Counted from the stretch's first letter, positions 1-8,985 are shown. The stretch is DNA of 62,253 bases from Anaerolineae bacterium (GCA_041685915.1 JAWLEV010000002.1:1-62253), one strand, 5' to 3'. Translations and numbers: made by a program. Notes: generated from the letters alone by a model not told the origin.

Positions 1-234
1 GTTCCATCTGGCGCGACGGGATCGTCCTGCTGGTGCAGGGTCGCCTCCAGCGGGCCAATGGGCACGTGAGCATACGAGCAGAGAAGGGATGGCGGGTGCG
101 GTGAAGGGACTGCTACGCCGCGACTGAGCACCAAGCAAAGAAGACTCTGAAAAACAGCAAACGCACAGGCCAGGACAAGGCATCTTTTCTATTGGTGTTC
201 TATCCTGCATTATGCCACGATGGAACAGCACAAA

Positions 235-272
235 CCCGCCCCGATCGCTGTCACTCGGGACGGGTTCTCTTT
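235..272. terminator. GC-rich hairpin with T-tract, candidate bidirectional intrinsic terminator next to tRNA-Ser
   Basis: cccgccccga (235-244) pairs with tcgggacggg (255-264) with one mismatch and a 10-nt loop; followed by ttctcttt on + strand and TTT on - strand. Confidence 0.4.
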
Positions 273-283
273 ACACCTTCAGA

Positions 284-373
284 GGCGGAGGGGGAGGGAT
301 TCGAACCCCCGGTAGCGCTAAACGCTACAACGGTTTTCGAGACCGCCCCATTCAGCCACTCTGGCACCCCTCC
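284..373 (-). tRNA. tRNA-Ser (anticodon CGA), class II with long variable arm
   Basis: Reverse complement reads GGAGGGGTGCCAGAGTGGCTGAATGG...CGGT-CTCGAAA-ACCG...GGGGGTTCGAATCCCTC-CCCCTCC-G. It has a 7-bp acceptor stem GGAGGGG/CCCCTCC, T-loop TTCGAAT, anticodon loop C-U-CGA-A-A and a long variable arm. CCA is only partly encoded. Confidence 0.85.
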
Positions 374-406
374 GAGTTATGACCATGGATATGCGACAAA
401 AAAGGG

Positions 407-865
407 TCAGGAGCCCTCTTGGCGCAGAAACTGAAAAAAGTCCCGCATGATGCGTTCCACCTCATCGGCCAACACTCCAGACATCACTTCTAGGCGATGG
501 TTCAACCAGGGAGAGCGCACGATATCGTACACTGAACCCGCTGCACCCGTCTTGGGATCCGCGAGCCCATATACCAACGTGTCGATCCGCGCATTAACCA
601 TAGCTCCGGCGCACATACAACAGGGCTCCAAGGTGGAATAGAGGGTGGCCCCCACAAGGCGCCACGAACCACGCTCGTGGGCCGCACGCCGCAGGGCGAG
701 GAGTTCCGCATGGGCCGTAGGATCTTTCATGGCCTCCTTGCGGTTGCGTCCACGGCCAATGATTCGGTCTCCAAAGACGACCACGGCGCCTACCGGTATC
801 TCGTCGGCCGCCGCGGCCCTCTCGGCCTCTTTAAGGGCTTCTCGCATCCACCGCTCATGATCCAT
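407..865 (-). CDS. tadA: tRNA-specific adenosine deaminase TadA
   Basis: Deaminase zinc motifs HAE (HAELLALR) and PCxxC (PCCMCAGA). The first ATG is at 865; the ORF-track start at 904 is a TTG that overlaps the predicted -35 box. Confidence 0.9.
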   Translation of the reverse strand: MDHERWMREALKEAERAAAADEIPVGAVVVFGDRIIGRGRNRKEAMKDPTAHAELLALRRAAHERGSWRLVGATLYSTLEPCCMCAGAMVNARIDTLVYGLADPKTGAAGSVYDIVRSPWLNHRLEVMSGVLADEVERIMRDFFQFLRQEGS

Positions 866-875
866 AAGCAAACGT

Positions 876-904
876 ATTATAGCATGGACCACAAGATCCG
901 ACAA
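876..904 (-). promoter_or_regulatory. sigma70-like promoter of tadA (extended -10), implying a near-leaderless mRNA
   Basis: On the minus strand: TTGTCG (899-904), 17-nt spacer, TGC-TATAAT (876-881), and only 10 nt between the -10 box and the ATG at 865. Confidence 0.45.
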
Positions 905-1020
905 AGAAGAATTCCCAATTCCGTTATCACAACTTGCGCAGCAAAACCACCGGGCTGAAACAAGAAGACTGTTTGGGCATTATCCCTATGATCTTCCGAG
1001 ACTTTTTCTTTTCAATAGAT

Positions 1021-1407
1021 TGGATCTATGTATATATACACATCTTATAAGTATGTATATAAGATAGTAGTAGTAGTAGGGCCTGTGTAAAAGTGTATAA
1101 GGGGACCTGAACCCCTACATATGGGTATGAAAGGTGTTTTCGGTCCACATTTAGGGGTGATTGCTCCACAGAAGTTGTGGATAACTTTATGGATGGAGAC
1201 CCTTTCCATGTGAACGTATAATGCATAAATGACAAGATATAGTAGGGATGTAAAAGACCCCACTAGATATAGTGGGGTCAGAGGAAAGAACGATGTGGAT
1301 AAGGACAAAAGTTGTCCACTTTTAGGGGACTTTATCCACAGATTATGGGATAGTTATCCACAGGTGGAGCGATTCTTTCACAGGCTTATCCACAAAGTTG
1401 TGGAAAA
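1021..1407. other. DnaA-box cluster plus AT-rich tract: candidate replication origin (oriC) or DnaA-binding locus
   Basis: Perfect TTATCCACA at 1332-1340, 1354-1362 and 1386-1394; perfect reverse TGTGGATAA at 1176-1184 and 1294-1302; several boxes with 1-2 mismatches; about 25% GC tract at 1021-1080; no credible ORF in 905-1420. Confidence 0.65.
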
Positions 1408-1420
1408 CGATGTCTGAGAG

Positions 1421-2086
1421 TTACTTGTAATAGCCCTGCAGACGCATCTCCAGGGGGGCATCGCATAATACGGCGCCGAGGATATTGGCGTTGACGTTTT
1501 TCAGGCGCTCGATGGCGCGCTGGGCATGATCGCGCTTTGTGTCACCGGCACTGACGACGAGGAGGGTGCCATTGACTTTGGTGGCCAACACAGCGGCGTC
1601 CGTGGCAGCCAGCACAGGAGGGGTGTCGAAAAGGAGTATATCCGCGTCCCGGAGCAGTTTCTCAATGATCTCCTCCATCCGTTTTGAGCCCAGGAGATCG
1701 GCGGGCCGAGGGGGCAGAGTGCCGCTGCCCAGAAAGCGCAATCCATCGATGGGAGTGTCCTGTAAGGGAGGAGCATCCAGGGCATCATCCTCCAGCATCA
1801 TCGTCGTTATTCCCCGATCGTTCTCCAGATTAAATAGATGGTGGAGATGAGGGCGACGCAGATCGCAGTCCACGGCGATGACCTGTTGATCCACCTGAGC
1901 CATGGTCACGGCCAGGTTGGCCAGGGTGGTCGATTTGCCCTCGCCAGAGCCCGGCGAGGTGATGGATAATGTGTGCAAGTCCTCGTCCAGGGCTGCAAAT
2001 TCCAGATTCATACGCAAGGTACGATAGGCCTCGCTGGCCGAGGACATGGGATCTGTTGCGGTAATAAGACCGAGCTTTTCGGCCAT
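1421..2086 (-). CDS. Cytoplasmic tyrosine-protein kinase (BY-kinase, CpsD/CapB type)
   Basis: Walker A GSGEGKST, Walker A-prime VDCDLRRP, Walker B LLFDTPP, C-terminal tyrosines GYYK; no transmembrane (TM) domain of its own. Confidence 0.85.
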   Translation of the reverse strand: MAEKLGLITATDPMSSASEAYRTLRMNLEFAALDEDLHTLSITSPGSGEGKSTTLANLAVTMAQVDQQVIAVDCDLRRPHLHHLFNLENDRGITTMMLEDDALDAPPLQDTPIDGLRFLGSGTLPPRPADLLGSKRMEEIIEKLLRDADILLFDTPPVLAATDAAVLATKVNGTLLVVSAGDTKRDHAQRAIERLKNVNANILGAVLCDAPLEMRLQGYYK

Positions 2087-2118
2087 GTTTTTTCTCCCTG
2101 TAAATTCCTTAATTTCCG

Positions 2119-2814
2119 TTACGCTTGACTGGTTCTCTGCTTTGTGCGCGTGGTGCTGGAACGCAGTGTGGGGATCACTCCCAGAACGGGTATCCCTGTA
2201 TAATTTTCCACGTCATCGCGTGTGCGAAGGATATCGGCCTCTAACCATTCGAGGAAGAAGACGACCAGAACGCCCACCAGCGCGCCGAACATGGCTCCTG
2301 CCAGGAGGTTAATCTTGAGTTTGGGCTTGTGCAGGGTGCCGGGCAGAGCGTTATCCAGGAGTGTCACATCCACACGATCCCGCTTGTCCTGGTCGAGCAT
2401 ATGTACTTGAATATCCTCGACAAAGACCTCGGCCGTGGTTTGAGCGATGTCCTGCGCGATGCGTGGATCATAGTCGTCAGCGTCGATCTGGATCAAAAAA
2501 TCCTCTTCGATGGGCCTGACCGTCAGTTTCTCGCTCAGTTGACCGGGGGTGATGTCCAGTTCCAGGCGGGTGATCACCTCCATTGCCGTCTTGCGGGAGG
2601 TGATATTTCCCGCATAGTTGCGCATGAGCCCCTTGACCGTCTGTTGCAACCCCCAGTCCAGGCGAGCGGGGATGACGTTAAGATATACGGTGGAACGGTA
2701 GACGGGCGTCTGTAACTTGCTGAATACAAAAGCGCTGCCCATGGTGATGACCATGACGATAAGGATGATCCAGCCGCGCTTTCTCAAGATATCAAAATAG
2801 TCCCTTAATTCCAC
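2119..2814 (-). CDS. Wzz/polysaccharide co-polymerase (chain-length determinant, BY-kinase modulator type)
   Basis: N-terminal TM (WIILIVMVITMGSAFVF), periplasmic-type middle region, C-terminal TM (LLAGAMFGALVGVLVVFFL); directly upstream of the BY-kinase. Confidence 0.75.
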   Translation of the reverse strand: MELRDYFDILRKRGWIILIVMVITMGSAFVFSKLQTPVYRSTVYLNVIPARLDWGLQQTVKGLMRNYAGNITSRKTAMEVITRLELDITPGQLSEKLTVRPIEEDFLIQIDADDYDPRIAQDIAQTTAEVFVEDIQVHMLDQDKRDRVDVTLLDNALPGTLHKPKLKINLLAGAMFGALVGVLVVFFLEWLEADILRTRDDVENYTGIPVLGVIPTLRSSTTRTKQRTSQA

Positions 2815-2888
2815 AGGCTAACTCCTAACACTTTGAGTTATGAAAGTATACCATGCTCACAGACTGACACAAACTTTTTTGTAGAGGC

Positions 2889-3596
2889 TCAAGGTCTAGG
2901 GCGACGTTGCCAAAGGGACGTCAGCCCCCTCTCCTTAGGAATCTCTCCCAGGATGGGCAGGTCCAGTTCCTCCAGATCCTGCCGGTGACGGATCGTGTCA
3001 TCTATATAGTCCAGGAAGAAGGTGAGGGCGATGCCAAAGCCTCCAGCCAACAGCAGTCTCAGGGGCAGGTCGATGCGCTGCCGCAGCGAGGGTCCCACAG
3101 GCTGTATCTGGGGCGGATCGATGAGGGCGATCACGGCCTCTGCTCCGCCAAACTGGCCAAAGTACTCGTCCACGTGGTCGTTCAGCGCCTCAGCCACCGC
3201 CTCGCTGATGGGCTCCAATTGCTCCCGATGGGGCCAGGTGATGTTGATGGTCAGGATACGATGAAGCTTTCCCGAGGCGGTGGCCCCCTGGATGGCATCT
3301 GGAGGCACGTTCACCCCCGACAGGGCGCTCACATTCTGGGCAAAGGCCTGGCTTTTGACCACCTCGGACAGATCGTCGATCAGGTACTCGGCGGTCATCC
3401 AGGTGTAATAGCGATCGTAGGTATAGACGTGGGGTTTTTGCTCCGGTTCCAGACCCACCACAAAGCGCATTCCCGCTGTATAGGAGACGGTCCGAGATGG
3501 GGCGAAAAGGAGATGGCTCAGCGCCGACGCCACCAGCAGAACGATGACGATCCACATTCTGCGTCTCACAATACGCCAGTAGCGTCGCAATTCCAT
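2889..3596 (-). CDS. Second Wzz/polysaccharide co-polymerase paralog
   Basis: Same two-TM architecture (MWIVIVLLVASALSHLLF ... LLLAGGFGIALTFFLDY) and the same N-terminal MELR-Y motif as the neighbouring paralog. Confidence 0.7.
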   Translation of the reverse strand: MELRRYWRIVRRRMWIVIVLLVASALSHLLFAPSRTVSYTAGMRFVVGLEPEQKPHVYTYDRYYTWMTAEYLIDDLSEVVKSQAFAQNVSALSGVNVPPDAIQGATASGKLHRILTINITWPHREQLEPISEAVAEALNDHVDEYFGQFGGAEAVIALIDPPQIQPVGPSLRQRIDLPLRLLLAGGFGIALTFFLDYIDDTIRHRQDLEELDLPILGEIPKERGLTSLWQRRPRP

Positions 3597-3600
3597 ATTC

Positions 3601-4023
3601 CTAAGCCTTTGGGATAATGAGACAGAGGTGCGCCTGCGCCCTCATAGCCATCATCTTTTGCCACAGGCGGGGACCCAGGATGAGGAGACCCATGATGGCG
3701 GCGGCCAGTGCGGTGATCAGTACGGTCGCCGCGGCGACGTCCTTGGCCCCTTTGGCCAGCGCACTGGAATCGGTCACCACCAGATCGATGGTGAGTTCCA
3801 CGGCCGTGTTGATCATCTCCCCGGCAAATACCAGGGCGATGGCCATGATGATGATGGCCCACTCTGTGGTCGATAACTCTAGCCAGGCGCCCATAAAGAG
3901 CACCGCAAGAGCGATGGCCAGGTGAATGCGCACGTTGCGTTCCCTTTTGACGACGTAGCACAAGCCCTCCCAGGCATAACCAAAGCTGCAAGACAATTTC
4001 GGTTTGGGGCGCCGATTCGTCAT
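3601..4023 (-). CDS. dgkA: Diacylglycerol/undecaprenol kinase DgkA family
   Basis: 140 aa, 3 TM helices, motifs FGYAWEG, RNVRIH and E-x-INTAVE typical of prokaryotic DAGK. Confidence 0.85.
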   Translation of the reverse strand: MTNRRPKPKLSCSFGYAWEGLCYVVKRERNVRIHLAIALAVLFMGAWLELSTTEWAIIIMAIALVFAGEMINTAVELTIDLVVTDSSALAKGAKDVAAATVLITALAAAIMGLLILGPRLWQKMMAMRAQAHLCLIIPKA

Positions 4024-6168
4024 CTAGGCCTCCGTCTGCGGACTTGGTTCCAGGATGGCCTCGGGTTCTGCGTAGGACTTGCTCTCGGGATACTTGATCC
4101 GGGGATGAAAGATCCCCTGCAGGACGCTGTTGAATGCGTGGCGGATCTTGTCCAGATCCTTTAGCGTGAGGTCGCACTCGTCGAGCTGGCCGTCGAGCAG
4201 TCGTTCGTCGACGATCTTGTGTACCAGAGCCTCCAGGTCCTTTTGAGTTGGCGGGCGATTTGCTCGCACGGCAGCCTCGGCACTGTCCGCGAGCATGACG
4301 ATGGCCGTTTCCTTGCTCTGCGGTTTCGGTCCCCGGTAGCGAAAGCTCTTTTCGTCCAGATTCTCATCACTTTCTTTTTGTGCTTGATGATAGAAATAAG
4401 AGACCAGCATGGTGCCGTGGTGCTCGGGGATGAAATCGCGAATCTTTTCGGGCAGTTTGTGTTTGCGCGCCAGGATAAGACCTTCCTCGACGTGGGAGAT
4501 GATGATCTCCGCACTCGTCTTGGGATCCAACTTGTCATGGGGGTTTTGCCCCTCGCTCTGGTTCTCGGCAAAGAAATAGGGGCGCACCGTCTTGCCGATA
4601 TCGTGATAGTAGGATCCCACGCGGGCCAGCAGGGGATCGGCAGCCACGGCTTCTGCCGCGCGCTCGGCCATGTTACTGATGATGATGGAATGATGGTAGG
4701 TGCCTGGGGCCTCGGTAAGCACGCGGCGAAAGAGAGGATGGTTGGGACGGGCGAGTTCCAAGAGTTGCAGGGAGGTGGTGATGCCAAAGAGGCGCCCCAT
4801 GAGCGAAAAGGCCACAAAAGCCAGGCTGGTGGACAGGATGCCGTTAGCCACCCCTGCAAAGACCAGTTGGACCAATCCCAGCGTGTCATACATCTGGCTA
4901 TTAAGCTGAAAGCCCAATATGATTCCCACGTTTACCAGGGAGACGTACGCTCCGGCGCGCACAAAGGCGCCCAGTTGTTCCATACGCCACAGAGTCAGGG
5001 CGCCGATGATCCCGCCCATGGAAGCATAGACGATCAACTCGATGGACGCGCCCGAATCAAAGGCCACCATGATAGCGGAGATGATGGATACCATGATGGC
5101 AAGGTCAACATCCAGCAGGATGGCCACCAGCATGGCGCCCGTTGCCGCCGGGAACAGGTAGGGCAGGAGGGTGTGTCGGGGAATCGTCAGGCGGGCGCTG
5201 ACGCCGATGGTCAAGAGTATCAGAACAAGCAAGAGCTGGCGGCGGGGACGATACAGGAGGAGGGGGTGTCTTTTGACGATATAGAGGCCGGCGGCAACGA
5301 CGATGACGAGGATGACGACAGCGACGCCGGCGATCTCCTGCCAGCCGGTCCCCGTCTCCAAGAGCCCCAGAATCCGCAGTTTCTCCATGGCCAGGGGAGA
5401 AACGAGTTCGCCCTCTCGTAGAATCGATTCTCCCTTGCGAATGGTCACCTGTACCGGCTCTACGGCCTCCTGGGCCTCCTTGCGTCTGGCGGCCGTCTCT
5501 TCCACGTTTAGAGTGCTGTTGGGTACGATGAACGCCTGTGCCAGAGCGACGACGATGCGTCGTTCTTTATCAGAAAGCGCCTGTGTGGTCAGATTTTGGA
5601 CACGTCGTCTGGCCCCGGCAACCTGGTTAGGGCGAATCTCCTCGCGCATGATGAGATCGATCATCCGCGGTGTCTCTTGCTCGATCTCCTGCCACGCTTC
5701 ACCGTCCACTGTGAGGATATCGGAGGCGATATCGGGGGAGATCTTGTAATCGAGGATCTCCTCCATCTGGGCGAGTTTTCCCTCTCTACTCAGGTCTTCT
5801 TCCTGACGAAGGGAGGATATCTCCTTGACTGTCTCCTGCCAATGCTCTATTTGCTGTTCGGCGATGTAAGGGTTAGGTCCCGTATACACCTCCTCGGCAT
5901 TGGCGCTGGCCTCCATCTTGGCGTTCTCGGTTTTGATCTCGCTCGTGTAGCTGATCTGGCGTGGGGCTTTGATGTCGCGTGGTGAGGGTTCTCCGATGGC
6001 CACCTTAACATGATCGGGGTTCGCATAAAAGATATAGGTCGCGCTGCAAACTGCCCAGAGCAGGAAAGCCAAGAGGAGCGCTCGCACGTTCTTTTTGAGG
6101 GGCGATGTTTCACGCGCACGATCGGCGCGCCTCTGCGTGGAGTTGGCGCCTGTGCGACCTTTTTTCAT
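4024..6168 (-). CDS. pgpH: 7TM-HD membrane phosphohydrolase (PgpH/YqfF family, cyclic-di-AMP phosphodiesterase type)
   Basis: Extracellular N-domain, about 7 TM helices, C-terminal HD domain (HHSIIISN ... YYHDIGK); abuts dgkA as in Firmicutes. Confidence 0.85.
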   Translation of the reverse strand: MKKGRTGANSTQRRADRARETSPLKKNVRALLLAFLLWAVCSATYIFYANPDHVKVAIGEPSPRDIKAPRQISYTSEIKTENAKMEASANAEEVYTGPNPYIAEQQIEHWQETVKEISSLRQEEDLSREGKLAQMEEILDYKISPDIASDILTVDGEAWQEIEQETPRMIDLIMREEIRPNQVAGARRRVQNLTTQALSDKERRIVVALAQAFIVPNSTLNVEETAARRKEAQEAVEPVQVTIRKGESILREGELVSPLAMEKLRILGLLETGTGWQEIAGVAVVILVIVVAAGLYIVKRHPLLLYRPRRQLLLVLILLTIGVSARLTIPRHTLLPYLFPAATGAMLVAILLDVDLAIMVSIISAIMVAFDSGASIELIVYASMGGIIGALTLWRMEQLGAFVRAGAYVSLVNVGIILGFQLNSQMYDTLGLVQLVFAGVANGILSTSLAFVAFSLMGRLFGITTSLQLLELARPNHPLFRRVLTEAPGTYHHSIIISNMAERAAEAVAADPLLARVGSYYHDIGKTVRPYFFAENQSEGQNPHDKLDPKTSAEIIISHVEEGLILARKHKLPEKIRDFIPEHHGTMLVSYFYHQAQKESDENLDEKSFRYRGPKPQSKETAIVMLADSAEAAVRANRPPTQKDLEALVHKIVDERLLDGQLDECDLTLKDLDKIRHAFNSVLQGIFHPRIKYPESKSYAEPEAILEPSPQTEA

Positions 6169-6215
6169 GGCATCACTTGCATCTTTCGGGACACAGATGA
6201 GACGAGATCAAGGAG

Positions 6216-6662
6216 CTAGCGACTGAGGATCTCGCGAGCCACCTCGTTGACCACACTTCCCTCCGCCCTTCCCTTGAGTTCCTCCATCGCTTTGCCCATG
6301 ACGGGACCCAACTGACGGATACTGGTGGCGTTCATGTCCTCTACGATATCCTGCACGACCTTTTCGATCTCTTCTCTGGATAACTGTTCAGGCATATAGG
6401 AGAGGAGTATCTCGAGTTGGGCTTTTTCCCTGTCTACTAGATCCTCTCGTCCACCCTTTTCGAACATCTCGATGGCTTCTTTGCGGCGTTTTACCTCTTG
6501 AGAGATGAGCTCGGTGATCTCCTCATCCGTAATCTCTTGTTGGCGTTCGATCTCTCTATTCTTGATGGCAGCACGAATCATACGAATGGCATCCTTGCGA
6601 AGCTGATCTCCCTCGCGCATGGCATCTTTGAGGTCTGACATTAAGCGTTCTTTTAGGCTCAT
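6216..6662 (-). CDS. yqeY: GatB/YqeY domain protein
   Basis: 148 aa starting MSLKERLMSDLKDAMREGDQLRKDAIRMIRAAIKN; sits downstream of rpsU, the usual synteny. Confidence 0.85.
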   Translation of the reverse strand: MSLKERLMSDLKDAMREGDQLRKDAIRMIRAAIKNREIERQQEITDEEITELISQEVKRRKEAIEMFEKGGREDLVDREKAQLEILLSYMPEQLSREEIEKVVQDIVEDMNATSIRQLGPVMGKAMEELKGRAEGSVVNEVAREILSR

Positions 6663-6715
6663 AGTCTCCTCTTGTGTTCGATATTCAGTTGAGGTGGGAC
6701 AAAAGAAGCGCGGTT

Positions 6716-6928
6716 CTAGTACCGGCGAGACAGGTGCTGACGGGTCGTCTTGCGGCTCTTGCGCAGCTTGGCTGCCTTCTGACGCTTGCGCAGCTGACTC
6801 GGCTTTTCGTAAAAGCGCCGACGGCGAACCTCAGATAGTACCCTGTCCTCTTGCACCGCTTTGTTGAAGCGCCTCAGAAGCGACTCAAAATGTTCCCCTT
6901 CTCTGGCGACGACTCGAGTCACGCTCAT
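6716..6928 (-). CDS. rpsU: 30S ribosomal protein S21
   Basis: MSVTRVVAREGEHFESLLRRFNKAVQEDRVLSEVRRRRFYEKPSQLRKRQKAAKLRK. The internal ATG at 6928 gives a 70-aa protein; the longer ORF to 7090 has no support. Confidence 0.9.
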   Translation of the reverse strand: MSVTRVVAREGEHFESLLRRFNKAVQEDRVLSEVRRRRFYEKPSQLRKRQKAAKLRKSRKTTRQHLSRRY

Positions 6929-7143
6929 GCTCCTATTACGCGATCTATTATACGACGAATCGAATGCCAAACTATTATAGAGAGGGATAAATACACTGTC
7001 AAACAAGATCACCTCATGAACAGATCCGCCGTATCTGCAGAGGCGGTCAGCGAACGTACGGGGACGAGCAGACCGATGAGCAACAGCCATAAAAGTGCTC
7101 TCCGGCAGGACATTATGGCGTTATAGGGAAAGCGAGGAAGAAT

Positions 7144-7725
7144 CTATATCTCATCGTCCCATGAGCCGTATTGAGGAGGAGCGTCACCCACCGACTCCAC
7201 TATGCGAGGATACTCCAGGTCAGGGTCGGCGTCCTCGTTGAGGGCGTGAAGGCGTACTTTGAAGCGCCACTCGTCGCCATAGTCAAAGAGGTACATGAAT
7301 TCTTTGTCCACCTCTAGATCGAGGGATTCTATGGTCGTCGTGCGCACGTCGCGTGATTCTTCCGACGCGACGAGGTCAGTAAGAAGCCCTTCGACATCGT
7401 CGGCGGTGATGCCCAGACTTTCCAGCATATCCCTTCCGTCTTCCCCAAACATATCTTCCAGGAGTTCCGAAGCCTCGACCTCCTCTTCCTCAGACTCCTC
7501 GACCTCAAAGCCCCAGGGGCTGCTCCCATGAGGCAAGCAGTATTCGCTATTCTTATCCCATGCCCTTCCGCTCACAAAGAAGGAGTAGAGGTGGTCGGCA
7601 TCCCAATCATAGGCGTCCTGTATGGCAAAGTGAAGGTCTTCCAAGGTCCGGTCGGCGCCTATCTCGATCTTGCGCCACACCCGCCCCGTGCCGGGTATGG
7701 ACACATGGAATACATATGTTCTCAT
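7144..7725 (-). CDS. pRiA4b ORF-3-like (PF07929-type) protein with acidic insertion
   Basis: MRTYVFHVSIPGTGRVWRKIEI...LEDLHFAIQDAYDWDADHLYSFF ... YLFDYGDEWRFKV resembles the pRiA4b ORF-3 family. Start moved to 7725 to clear the upstream MFS gene. Confidence 0.6.
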   Translation of the reverse strand: MRTYVFHVSIPGTGRVWRKIEIGADRTLEDLHFAIQDAYDWDADHLYSFFVSGRAWDKNSEYCLPHGSSPWGFEVEESEEEEVEASELLEDMFGEDGRDMLESLGITADDVEGLLTDLVASEESRDVRTTTIESLDLEVDKEFMYLFDYGDEWRFKVRLHALNEDADPDLEYPRIVESVGDAPPQYGSWDDEI

Positions 7726-7741
7726 GGTTTTCTCCTTTTCT

Positions 7742-8971
7742 CTAGCTTTTTCCCAACAGGTTGGCAGCGAACAGGCCGGCGGCCAAGAAGCCAAAGGCGG
7801 TTATCCCAAGCATGGGGCGAATGCCAAGGGCATCGGCGACGACGCCGCTCACGGCGGGCCCGGCGAACATGCCGATGGCATAGACGGACTGATGAAGCCC
7901 CATGGCCGTGCTGCGCTTGGCGTCATCCACGTGGCGGATGCTCATGCCCATCAGGACGGGATAGGTAGTGCCCTGAGCCAGCCCGATGAGGAATTGGGCG
8001 ACAAAGATGACCGTCAGATTAGGGGCGAGAGCTGCTACGATTATACCGCAAGCCAGAAGCGTCACGCCGGCGAACACCAGGCGGCGGGCGCCGATGCGGT
8101 TGACGAGGGCCGTGGCGACCAGGTTTCCCAGTGTAAAGACGCCGATGTTCATGCTCAATAGGGCACTCAGGGTAAATCCCGTCGCTCCCAACCTTTCTGC
8201 CAGAAGGGGGATGAAGGAAAAAGTTGCCGTCCAGTTCGCATACTGACACAACGTGCTAATCAGAGTCGGCAACATGACGTCGCGTCGGACAAAGAGACCG
8301 CCGACGCTGTCGAAGGAGGGGCGTTTGCGTTCTAATCGCTGTTCCTTCGTCGGGATCATCACGAGGGCGGCCAGTGCCGCCGCCCCGGCGGCGAGGAAAA
8401 AGGCCAGATTGTATCCCCCCCACGCGTTAAGCGAACCCGTCACGCCCGTGGCCAACAGTCGGCCCACCGAGCCAACCAGGGTGAGCAGGGAACTAGCGCG
8501 CACGGACTCTTTTTGGGGAAACAGTCCACTAAAGAGCACGATCAGGGGAACCCAGGTCCCGGCCGAGAGGCCCGTGATGGCTCTGCCGATCAAGAGGCCC
8601 CTTGCTCCGTCGGATATGCCCATGAACCAGGCTCCCAGGGCCACGAGCCCAAGCCCTCCCACCACAAAGGGTTTTCTCCTCCCCACCCAGTCCGAGACGA
8701 TGCCCAACGGCAGGCGTATGACAGCCTGCCACAATCCGTACATGGAGAGGATGATTCCCACCATGGCTAGATTCTCCGTCTTCATCTCTACATAACTTGG
8801 CAGGGTGGGTGCGTAGAGATAGAGGCCTATCCAATATAAGAAGACGACCACCACGTATAGCGTGATCTTGAGTTTTCGGCTTTCGACCTGTGGTGTAACG
8901 CGGGTGGCCGCCGATTCGGCGGCCGCTGCTCCCGGATTGGACCGATTCATCGACCGTTCCTTGTGGCTCAT
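7742..8971 (-). CDS. MFS transporter
   Basis: About 12 predicted TM helices and MFS-type loop motifs. Start trimmed to MSHKERS (8971) because the longer ORF overlaps the SDR gene. Confidence 0.8.
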   Translation of the reverse strand: MSHKERSMNRSNPGAAAAESAATRVTPQVESRKLKITLYVVVVFLYWIGLYLYAPTLPSYVEMKTENLAMVGIILSMYGLWQAVIRLPLGIVSDWVGRRKPFVVGGLGLVALGAWFMGISDGARGLLIGRAITGLSAGTWVPLIVLFSGLFPQKESVRASSLLTLVGSVGRLLATGVTGSLNAWGGYNLAFFLAAGAAALAALVMIPTKEQRLERKRPSFDSVGGLFVRRDVMLPTLISTLCQYANWTATFSFIPLLAERLGATGFTLSALLSMNIGVFTLGNLVATALVNRIGARRLVFAGVTLLACGIIVAALAPNLTVIFVAQFLIGLAQGTTYPVLMGMSIRHVDDAKRSTAMGLHQSVYAIGMFAGPAVSGVVADALGIRPMLGITAFGFLAAGLFAANLLGKS

Positions 8972-8985
8972 GGGATAAAAGTCTG

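Noticed and set aside
3-104. Open frame running in from the left window edge (SIWRDGIVLLVQGRLQRANGHVSIRAEKGWRVR-stop). It is faintly reminiscent of the OB-fold C-terminus of DnaE-type polymerases.
   Set aside because: Only 33 codons are visible, other frames are also open, and the resemblance is too weak to call a feature.
1065-1079. (TAG)5 microsatellite and other short tandem motifs, checked as a possible CRISPR or tandem-repeat array.
   Set aside because: There is no repeat-spacer periodicity anywhere in the window. The microsatellite is part of the AT-rich tract next to the DnaA boxes.
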